Source: Bigelowiella natans CCMP2755 (lineage: Eukaryota; Protista; Cercozoa). From it: 35,346 nucleotides of DNA. The stretch is from NCBI GenBank assembly GCA_000320545.1, contig ADNK01003011.1, forward strand, positions 1-35,346, in the 5' to 3' direction. The notes below the pieces were generated by a model. The model was not told the DNA's origin and did no database searches. It saw only the letters and a program-made list of their open reading frames with translations. Position numbers and translations under genes: made by a program. Below, piece by piece: positions 25,330-35,346 of this stretch (positions are counted from its first letter, which is position 1; every line of letters starts with the position of its first letter).

Positions 25330-26010
25330 GTTGCATGACTTCGTAAAGAAAATGCCTCTTGCCCTGCTAGCCTATGCCTGCTTGCATGCCTAGATGTACT
25401 GACTACTCACACAAAAGTTGCATGTATTATTAGCTCGGTGCATTGCTAGATTGCGTAATATGATCCATTATTGTTGTCAGATGACGCCCAAAGCGTTACG
25501 TCGCCGCATGCAAACGTATATCACGACAGTGTCGCGCCTTTGTTGGTCATTTGTGCATTCCAAATCGCGCATTGCATATATCCAACAATGCTGTGGCGCC
25601 ACAATGCAGCCTTCTAGCATTTCTGCTCCGCGAACACGACAAATCCCGCATGGCTAGTTGGGGCGGCCCAATTAACAAGGCAGCTCATGCTAGCATGCAA
25701 GCACACACGTCGGACGTGCCAGCATGACGTTGCCGAATAAGGATGCGTAGCGCGACACTTAATACGTGCATGCGTGCGTAATCATCGGAACAAAGTGCAC
25801 AAAAGCTTATTTTATTTTATTTTTTTGTTAGCAGCTGAATATTATTCTGCAAATAATGTTTGGTTCTTGCATTCTTGCATTGTCAAGTAGTGCTGCTACG
25901 AGACTAAGTGCGTTTCGGTTGTGCTGGTGTGTTGCGGCGCTCATGCATAACTAGATAATGTCAAACCTGTGCACCGACTCACAGCGTGCGCACGTTCGTA
26001 GTACTCGAGT
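25330..26010. other. Micro-palindrome island 4 (convergent intergenic, weaker)
   Basis: Repeated GCATG/ATGCA/CTAG/GCGC words such as catgctagcatgc and acgtgcatgcgtgcgt, between the CDK stop and the aminotransferase stop. Confidence 0.6.
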
Positions 26011-26087
26011 AGAAGCTTGAACTGTATCTTGCTTTGCGAATATTTCATTATTTATGAGGAAAACATCCGAAAGAGTTGAGGTCATGG

Positions 26088-26730
26088 TCATTTGTTGATT
26101 TCCGTGCTCCTGTAGCCGATCTAATGAAGAATGCGGATCAAATTAGACAATTTGCAAAAAATCGCAAACAAAAAAATGAAATAAGTGTAGCTTGATATTG
26201 AACAACCTCATCTTCAACTTTGCTCTTCAAGAAGCTCATCAAGCAGTCAGAGGGATAGCTAAGTTAAGATAACAACATTGCATGTAGAATACAGATAACG
26301 ATGATCATTGTGATATAAATGACATTGGCGTTGTTACATCGTCACCTAGCCTTTCAATGACGCATGGAAACTAGTCTAATCACATACTAACTTGAATTTG
26401 ACAACGGGATCCTTGGTTTCATCTGCCATATGAAGAGGCCTTGGAACAACAACCTTGCCAACAGGCAGTAATAATCGAGACGTGCTCGAGATAGCGCACC
26501 CCTAAAAGATAATAACCTTACGTACTGTTTCCCTCAAAACTTGGCACTAGGATGGATTTCGTACTAAATTATATATTTGGAGAAGCAGCAGCAGCAGCAT
26601 GACCTGCCATTCTTCTCTCAGCAATGATGAAACCGATGGCGATTGGAGAACAACAGGTATTTTCTGCAGAAAAGTAATAGATATATTCAGTCTCTAAAAC
26701 ACTCACAGCTTACTTTCAAAACTAAAGCAT

Positions 26731-26773
<43 letters not shown>

Positions 26774-26779
26774 ATCATA

Positions 26780-26816
<37 letters not shown>

Positions 26817-27093
26817 AGAATTGTCATTTAAAGGTGAAAATCATCGAGGTAGCGTCTTCTAATACCGACACAGGGCATTACTACTAATACTACTACTACT
26901 ACTACTACGACTATGAGCTCACCTATCATCATCAGGAAAATTGTTACATAATAAATAATCAGCCATTCACCTCTCGTCGGCACACATCGAGAACTACCCG
27001 CCGTATAGTACCCTATAATCATGCATCGTTAGGTCAATGAGTGAGATATGGATTAAGGTATAAACAGCCCACATCATTGTCATAATCAGACAG

Positions 27094-27126
<33 letters not shown>

Positions 27127-27588
27127 TGTTGTTGTTGTTGTTGTTGTTACATGCTATTATGATGAGACGAGGAAGCTTCTATTAAGCACTCAGAATGTAC
27201 CTACTACCAACCTCTAATATGCCTTCTCCTGCGGTGTAGAGCCTCCCTCCAATCAAGGCATAAAAATTGCTTTGAGATCCCTTACACCAACAATGATGAT
27301 ACAAAATGGTGATATTTAGCATCAAGAGTATAGTTGTTTGTGTGCATTATATATGTATAATTTCCATTTGCTGGGATCAAACAAGAAGAGGAATGCGAGC
27401 GTGGCTCGTAGAAGCAGTACTAGACAGTAGATAACAACCAACCTCGATAATTCCATTCCTTGCATCCAAAAGCACAAATTCGTTTGCATCAGGGCTCACC
27501 AGTTTTTCAATTTCTGAGCGCTGTGAACATAAATGCTGTTACGCATAAACGTGATACGCAATTGCGTGCATGTTTTTAGTGTGTGTTT

Positions 27589-27632
<44 letters not shown>

Positions 27633-27870
27633 GTGGTTGGTGCTGCCATTCACCAATTACTACTACTTAACTACTTGAGAAATACCTGAGAGATCCACTC
27701 TGAATCTTTGACTTTAGCATTGCGTCTGGCAACCCCTCTTACCTACTAGCAGCACGACGATGTTATCACCACTAGCACCACCAGCATGGATCATATAAAA
27801 GTGATACATAAACACAGATAGATGCAACAACCAACATGCACGCATTCCAGCAGGGCAAACTACCACTATG

Positions 27871-27904
<34 letters not shown>

Positions 27905-28306
27905 ACTACAGCTCCTATTCCTACCATATTCTATGCTAATACCGACTTCGATCATTACGGGATTTCTTGGCATCTCAGGGAGGAAAGAAGCATGGCATGA
28001 TACGCGAAATGGTATTAGAGGAGAGGCTCCAGCATCCTCCCTGTCATCATCATCCTTCTCCTCTTGAAGTGGTGGTGGTGGTGGTGGTGATGACGATGAT
28101 GATAATGATGATGCTGTAGCATGTACTGTCAATCGAATTTCTCTGCTTACTCCGCCTTTTCTTAACGAGTGCTGTCTTTCGTCTCCTCGTTCCCCTTCCT
28201 ATGTGATAGCATGTGAAAAGTATGATAAAATTATGATGTATGAGTACTATCACTGTGTTGCATAAGTGCCTTTTCTGTAATGTCAACTGTGCATGAGCGG
28301 CTATTA

Positions 28307-28342
<36 letters not shown>

Positions 28343-28941
28343 TATCGTCGTTGTCGTTGTCGTTTTAAGCTGTTGCAGCAGCAGGGCTCTTTTATCCGGT
28401 AAGTCTCTTGATATTACTTATGAACATGATAAAATGATAGTAATCGTGATAATATAATGGGAGCATACTTGGAGGAAAGCTTGGATTGCATTTGCCATCA
28501 CGTGCTTAGTCTCGATGATGATCTCTTCACGGCTAACAGAAACATCATCAGGATGATTATATATGCAATTGGCATCTGCTGATACTGTGACTACTACTAC
28601 TACTACTACTACTACTATACTATACTTCTACCTCACACCAGTGCCTGTGATGGCGATGAGGTTGTCTGCGGTTCTATTTAACTGACAACAGTGATTATGA
28701 TGATCAGATTGTGATGATGATAATGATGATGATGATGATGATAATGATGATGATGCGTCTGCTGGATGACACATAAACCAGCAACCCCCAATAGGTTATC
28801 ATTGAAAAGTAGTAGTAGTTGTAGTAGCAGTAGTATTAGTAGTAGTACTCAAAGATCTTTCTTACATGTGCTTCGAGATCAAACACTTTCGTTTGGCCCA
28901 CAGTCCTAGCGGTAGTGTAAGCACCTGCAACAACACACACG

Positions 28942-28976
<35 letters not shown>

Positions 28977-29384
28977 CAATATATGTAGCAGTGTACATCA
29001 AATGTGTTTCATACTACAATCGCATGTCTTCATCCATCAACAATCCAAATACCTCTACCCCTCTCTTGAAGAAATTGCTTTGAGTCGACATTCGTCCTTG
29101 TTGCTTTAATTAGGCTGCTGCTGCTGCTGCTATGGAAAGCACCGTCTCTTCCACTTGATCGTTCGGATATTACATAATAATGATGGTTGCCATCCTTTCC
29201 TCCACCCTCCTCCTCCTCTTCCTCTGTCGATGATAATGACGATGACCAGCATCTTTGAGCGGCAGATAGCATCATAGGGCGGTGAGATCGTTCATGGCGT
29301 AGAACACGGTGATGATATCCCAATCTTCGAACACTGCGACATGTTGCGACTCTTTCTCGAGTGTTTAGTGCGTTGGCATCTTTT
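26088..29384 (-). CDS. Class IV PLP-dependent aminotransferase-like protein (BCAT/D-AAT/ADC-lyase fold); 5' end unresolved, probably further right
   Basis: Spliced peptides GAYTTARTV...VFDLEAH / LNRTADNL / VRGVARRNAKVKDSEWISQ (candidate PLP lysine) / NEFVLLDARNGIIE / GSQSNFYAL...LYTAGEGILE / GTIRRVVLDVCRRE / GCAISSTSRLLLPV / IGYRSTEINK*. EGxxxN and LxGxxR motifs present. Confidence 0.88.
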
Positions 29385-30284
29385 CTGCAAACAAATCATT
29401 CGTTCTATCAGTTGCAGTTCTCCCTGACGTATGCAGCAAGTGAGCCGTTAACTTTTATGTCTCGCTTATTTGTTACCTCCATCTGTGTAATCTCTGTCTA
29501 AATAATGCCGATTGAAAAGCTCGCCCAACTAGTAGATGCAACACGATTAGTTTGAATACAAATGCAGAGTCACGTCGAGAAATGCAGCATAGTTGTTGTT
29601 TTTCCTGACTACTCAGGAATTTAGTATTCGAATCGATGATAATGTCACTTCTTACTACCAGAGCCCTGCTGCATCTTCTCCGAGATATGAACAGATGTGA
29701 TAGAAGCAGATCGAAGGAGAAATAGGAGGAGGGGTGATTGGGCGATGAGAAGGATGCTACTGTTTTTGGTTAATACCGAAGAAGGAAGTGTGACAATTGC
29801 TCGTCGTATTTTTCTCTGATGAATGGACAATAATGCACAACCTTCTCTATGAGTACCGACGATTGATCGTCTCTGGATATTCTCAAATGAACGGCGATCC
29901 TATCGTATGCCCTCCCCCCCCCGTAGATCTACTGCTCCTAAAAAGATGCAATGGGGTGATCATCTGTTCCTGCCTTGATCATCACTACTCCATGCACATT
30001 GGGGCCATATTTATATCTGCGACATCAAAAATCCATGTCGCAGTAAGCGAATGTATCCAATATATCGCAAAATCATCCATAATTATTAAGATATAATAAG
30101 ACTCATCATCATCATCATCTTAAAGAAGAATCAATCACCCACCACCCCTCCTGGCAGAGGACGATGATCAATTCTTTCAGCAGCGGACCAATGGCCACCA
30201 TCTACATTGCACTCTTCATCAAGAACTGAACAAGTGCGTGAGGAACGAGAAGGAGAAACAACAAGTATTTTCGAAAGCGAAGAA

Positions 30285-31455
30285 ATGACGGAACAATTGC
30301 AGTGCAGCAGCAGCAGCAGCACACGGGGAGGATGGAAGTTGTTTTCTCTTCTTATTTTCGCTTACATTTTACTAAATTCCACTGTGGTAGTAAGTGCAAA
30401 ATGGGGAGAGACTGCACAGAAAAAGGAGGGTGCCAAACCCCCACCTAATGACATCGATCGGCATGATGAGCCTTCTTCAGAAGATGCAACGGCTAGAAAT
30501 AGTGGTGGAATAACACGGCAAAAGAGAGGAGGACCAACGACTGAAACAAGCCTGGAAAAGAAGGGAGTTGGCGTAGAAGATTTCGTTGAGCTGAGTGACG
30601 GGCTTTGGGATGTCGCTAACAAAGGGAGAGTGCGCAAGCTTGGAGTGGAACCTATTGACGGTACATCAATTTAATTATGAAAATAAACAAAAGAAACAAA
30701 GTGGCAATTTCGCAGAAGCAGCGGTTCTTGAGTCTGGTATTCTGATTAACAGGGAACACGTATTATTTCATGGACTATGCTGCACTATTGGAGCATTTGC
30801 ACCCCGCTGAGGTAGTATAACAATGTAGTTAAGTTGTGTCATCAATCTCCAAAAATATTGAAATTACTCTTGTTCTTCCTATTAACTGCAGGAGGAGGAA
30901 GAGGAGAAGGGGCATCAACCTTTGATCTTCCTTCCCTACTATGGCGAAGTTCTGAGATTCTCACTGCAAGATTCCGGTACCATGCCTCCATCTCTTCAGG
31001 CGAAATATCCAGGTAGTTAGTGGACGTCGAGCACTGGCAAACCAGACAATAGTGTCATTTATATGGAGGTTGTTTATAGGGTCAATAACACCTTTTTCTT
31101 TTGCTTTCACCTACCAATAGAAATAAAGAGTTATTCTGGGAGAAGCACCGACAAAGAGCACCCAGCTACTACAACTGTGGACATCAATCCAGCCGGGTTG
31201 CATGCGCAGGTTGATATTACTCCACACGTACCACTTACCTACCAAATTTATCATCATTATTATATCGTTACATCACAACGCCATTTATCTCCGCCCTTTG
31301 TTTTCCAGATTCATGGTCTTCGTGGCACATATTACATTGATCCAGTAAGGGGTGCAAAATCAGCGATGAAAGAAGGGTTAACATTACATCATGGATACAG
31401 CGTCAGACCTGACGCTAAAGATATCGGCAAAAGTGATAATCCCTTGAAACATTAG
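30285..31455 (+). CDS. Secreted protein resembling the N-terminal prodomain of bacterial reprolysin-like (M12B) metallopeptidases; no catalytic domain seen
   Basis: Signal peptide WKLFSLLIFAYILLNSTVVVSA. Five exons give LIFLPYYGEVLRFSLQDSGTMPPSLQAKYP / EIKSYSGRSTDKEHPATTTVDINPAGLHAQ / IHGLRGTYYIDP. Stop at 31453-31455, or at 31530-31532 if a further intron is used. Confidence 0.7.
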
Positions 31456-31849
31456 CTATCATATATGTTAATTAGAAATTAAAAATTAGAAGAACATTAA
31501 CTCAAAGGCTTGTATGTGTTCTAGTCTTGTGATTGGTAAGAACGCCATTCAGTAGCCGGCAAACGCCTGTGTAATGTAGCGTAACTTGGCGTCCTGTGCA
31601 TGTAATTTAGAGCGTCTACAATAGACATAATGTATAAGTTATAGCACCAAATTAAATTAACATCCTTTGACTATACTATGTGCCGAAGAAAAGTGTAAAA
31701 TTATGTGTAAAAAAGAATCACGCCATGCGAGTGTGTGGAGTTGCCTCTATCATCGCATTGCCCCTTTATTAGCTTCGATTCACGTGAGCAATGTGCCATA
31801 ATGCACACAAATACACGCATACACATCTGTGTAAATGTCACTTTAAGCA

Positions 31850-32640
31850 TGCAATAATGTGAATGACGTTAATAGAGACGGCAGATCAGGTATCTTCTTG
31901 ATCTGCGCTGGATATACATGCGTGGGCAGTAGAATTGCTGCCTCACAACTCTATGGCTAGCGAGGTCTCTGCTATATAAGTCTGACTGTGTGTTAGATTG
32001 TGTACATGACGATTATGTTCAGTAGGCCCTCTAGCTAGCTTTATATTACAGCTGGCTAGCTTCGCGGGCTAGCTTGCTAGCTTGTCTCGCAGAATTGATG
32101 ACAATCGCATTCATGTATACATGGCGCTGCCTGACTAGCTGACGCGTTCGTTATTGGGTGTTGCGTTATAATTCTAGAACTGTACGTACGTGAACAACAT
32201 GATTGCCTTCCATTATAGTTTTCTATGCCAACGTGCGTGAATAACATGCTAGCATGAGTGCTATGCGTTCCATTACTAGATTATAATGTTCTATGCTGAT
32301 GACTACATGTTGCCAGGTAGATTATACTGTGCTGCGTATCGTATACACTGATAGTCGTACACAAGTATATATTTTGCTACATGTGCTATTTATTTGCTTA
32401 TACGTGCATGTGATACTATGGCGAGCTGGATGTATGACAAAAGCCACGTTATTGCTCGAATTCAGACTCAATATATAGCTTTGAAAAACTGCTTTAGCTA
32501 CGCAGCAGGCTGACGACTAGCGGATTCGTTTCGTGTGTGCGCTGACGCTTATGTCTAACTACCCAGAACTCAACTGCTACATACGATTCGCAGCGCGGTG
32601 GAGCTAGCATGTATGCATCGATCAAAACTTGGATGCAAAG
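31850..32640. other. CTAG micro-palindrome island 5 (convergent intergenic)
   Basis: About 12 CTAG counted by eye in 31950-32610, e.g. ctctagctagct and ggctagcttgctagc, plus CATG/TGCA/AGCT words. Confidence 0.75.
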
Positions 32641-32658
32641 CGATTTTATCAACCTCAC

Positions 32659-34204
32659 TTATTCTTCATTTTCGTGATAAACAGGATGATACCATTCAGG
32701 CAACGGCTCAAATTTGAGATCATAGTCCAGAAACAATTCCTGTAGATTATATAACTTTCAATAATTGATTTTTGAGGCCGGTGAGAATCTAAAGTTAATA
32801 ATTGACCTCTTCAGGCAGAATATGTCTCGCTGAGAAAATGCCAATCCCCTTAACCGACATACATGACGGAAAGGTGACGTAATCACCCATTTCTACATAA
32901 TAAGTGTTTTTGATGTCAGAAGCATGTGATGGTGTCACACTTTTAAGAACACGAGCGACTAACCTTCACTGTAGTACCAAAGATCATGATTTTCATAAGG
33001 TATGAAATCATTTTCCCCTATTTCCTTCAAGAGATATTCAAGTAAAAAGTTAGTTGTAGTATCTGGAACGTGCTGCTTTCCACGATGATATCGATTACAT
33101 CATACTACCTCGTGAGCAAATTCAACAGGAAATGCGAGAACATTGGGAGTCTGTCCTTTTGGTGGATGATTTATCTATTGAAGAAATACATTTGTAAGTT
33201 TTGTTCAATGGCTATATTACTATTTTTGCGACTAACCATATGTCCAAAGGCAATCTTGTTGTGAGCTTTATTGAATTCCATTCTCTCAGATGCCACCCTG
33301 CATCAAAATAGAAGGAGGTTTCTGTCTCATCATCCAAAGCATTGAATTTATGATTATAAGAATTACGGTTTGTCAAAGAATCTTGCGTCAATAAGAACAC
33401 CGTCGTATCTATTGATTGCCTGCAAAAAAGTCATGATGATGGCCTGTCTGTCGGCAAAGAGACAACATGCGTTCAATAGGGGAGAGGAATGAACTAACAC
33501 CTTGTCGTTGTGATCCCAAGATTGATAAAATTCCGGTACCTGAAAATCAACTATTAGTCCAAATTCATTGAAACACATTTCTAAGGATACACCTTTTTCG
33601 GAGAATCTAAGACAGCTTCGGGAGGGGGGGGGTGAAAACATCGTCCTGCAAGGGGGGACAATATTCGAAATACCAAAAATTTCAATTGTTTCACGAAACG
33701 TTTGACTCATATACATCTGATAGTTTATATTGTAGGTCCACTCAAAGGTTTTTTTACGAGAGTGAATCACCTGGGAAAAACCCTAGACATTGGCCAGACT
33801 CTATTGCCGTGCGAGCGAAAACGCCATTTCCCGATATGGAGGAGGGACCAATATGAGCAAAGTTCAGAGATTCAGGGGTTTCTCGATGTCTCGTAATAAT
33901 ATTTTGGGCATCCGAATTAGCATATTTAAGCAGTTCTCGATTGGACAAGTCATTGGCTGAAGATATCGCCTTTCTTAGCATCTGAAATGAGCGCCTCGAT
34001 GCCACATTCTCAGCGATCACGGGATTCATCCTACTAAATGAGAGTTATTATCAATCAGCTTATTTCGACGACAGCACAACTACATGCGATCTTATCCATA
34101 CCTACCTTTTGTTTCTTTTGCACACTCTTTCATTTCATGTACAACATTAGGGTGGGGGCAGAGTTGGGGATAATAGGATGATCCGAGATCCGACGAGGCA
34201 GGCC
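32659..34204 (-). CDS. SET-domain protein, SETD9-like (5' end unresolved)
   Basis: Spliced IGPSSISGNGVFARTAIESGQCLGFFPG / AINRYDGVLIDAR / HNKIAFGHM / INHPPKGQTPNV / GIGIFSARHILPEE / ELFLDYDLKFEPLPEWYHPV*. SET motifs GxG, NH and EELxxDY; RYDGxxID, NHP..G..PNV and PxWYxPV are SETD9-family features. Confidence 0.85.
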
Positions 34205-34209
34205 CTTGT

Positions 34210-34239
<30 letters not shown>

Positions 34240-34251
<12 letters not shown>

Positions 34252-34387
34252 GCAATGTGTACCATCAATATTGATACTACGACATCAAATATTTCATGTC
34301 GTAGGAGGAACATGTTGTTGTTGTTGCAATGTGTACTGCTAATACTGATACTACGACATCAAATATTTGATGTCGTATCAGGAACAT
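34240..34387. repeat. Two-copy 74 bp tandem repeat containing a 26 bp palindrome
   Basis: TACGACATCAAATATTTGATGTCGTA is perfect at 34352-34377, with a one-mismatch copy at 34278-34303. Each unit begins in (GTT)n GCAATGTGTAC and ends GGAACAT. Confidence 0.92.
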
Positions 34388-34655
34388 ATAGGCCATTTTT
34401 ATGGTAACGGTGGTAGTAGTCGGTTACCGTAGACGTGCAACTGATGATGACGGAAGGAAAAAGAAGAAGAAGAGAGAGGAGCCGAACAACAACAGATACT
34501 ATTATTTATCTAATAGATATACAGATCTATATCTAGATCTCCTACATGCATCATTTAATACATTGCCAGGAGTAGTAGTAGAAGAGTAGTAGCTCCACAA
34601 TACCCCTCCCTCCTCCCCCCTGAACGGCAGGCCTAATCCACGCACAGCATTAACC

Positions 34656-35216
34656 ATGCTGGAGGCCTCGGGAACTCAATCGCTTCTTCTTGGTGTTCGC
34701 CGAAAAGGATACCGACCCCCCAACACCGTGTTTGTCGCCAGAATTGGTGATGGAAGGGGCGAGTCGGAACCTGTTGACCAAGATGCGCTGAAACGAGCCT
34801 GTCAGACTATCGTGAATCGACACGCTATTCTTCGAACGGCTTTCGCATATCAAGGGAGCAGCGCGAGTGCGGGGGGGGCGAAAAGGGCTGTTCATGAGAG
34901 GATGGAAGCAGATTTCAAGATCATCCATACCCACCAGCAGGATGGACAAGAGTTCAGAGACCAGGTAGGCACAGAGTGTTTATTGTTCGATGGAATTCTT
35001 AGATATTAAAGCTAAGCTCAATATTCAGCTTTACCACGCTTGCCACGACCCTTTTCGTCCCGAAACAGCACACGTTTTCCGTGTGCGTCTATTGACTAAG
35101 CCCAGTGCTGGACCCACAAGGGCGCCTACTGCTACTTTTGAGTCTGAGGATATGAAATCTCCTTTAGATAAGGAAATTATCTTAGTGCTTGCAGCAGATG
35201 CTGCAGTTTGCGACAG
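34656..35216 (+). CDS. NRPS condensation-superfamily domain protein, partial (continues beyond window)
   Basis: Exons 34656-34964 and 35029-35216 give VDQDALKRACQTIVNRHAILRTAF (RHxxLRTxF core), DPFRPETAHVFRVRLL (PF...FRxxL core) and IILVLAADAAVCD at the active-site position. Confidence 0.75.
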
Positions 35217-35220
35217 GTAG

Positions 35221-35222
<2 letters not shown>

Positions 35223-35311
<89 letters not shown>
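35223..35311. repeat. Compound (CA)n(TA)n intronic microsatellite
   Basis: Direct reading; follows the GT donor at 35217. Confidence 0.95.
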
Positions 35312-35317
<6 letters not shown>

Positions 35318-35346
35318 AGTGTCGTAGTGTAGTGTGTGTGTCGTGT

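Noticed and set aside
32659-34029. Frameshifted SET-domain pseudogene suggested by the staggered ORFs
   Set aside because: All frame changes are resolved by canonical GT-AG introns, giving an intact SETD9-like protein.
9976-35276. Many short ORFs with poly-M, poly-I, poly-Y, IYIY or CVCV runs, and antisense ORFs over real exons
   Set aside because: They are translations of intronic microsatellites or shadow frames of genuine genes.

Overview
Gene-dense, intron-rich eukaryotic nuclear DNA with short GT-AG introns, many packed with microsatellites. A green-lineage thylakoid-lumen cyclophilin (CYP28 type) carrying an ER signal peptide plus transit-like leader points to an alga with a secondary green plastid, most plausibly a chlorarachniophyte (inference). 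Genes spliced by eye, in order: a tail-to-tail duplicated hypothetical pair at the left edge, RPT5/PSMC3 (+), hypothetical (-), CYP28 (+), large coiled-coil protein (-), PP6 catalytic subunit (+), PITAIRE CDK of CDK12/13/CDKC type (+), class IV PLP aminotransferase-like (-), a secreted protein resembling only the prodomain of bacterial reprolysin-like M12B metallopeptidases (+), SETD9-like (-), and the start of an NRPS condensation-family domain with a heterocyclization-type DxxxxD motif (+, runs off the window). Strands alternate almost strictly. The most unusual non-genic signal is a set of five 0.6-0.9 kb islands rich in CTAG/GCTAGC/CATG/TGCA micro-palindromes, found only downstream of gene 3' ends and not in divergent promoters. 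All family assignments rest on recognised motifs, not database searches.
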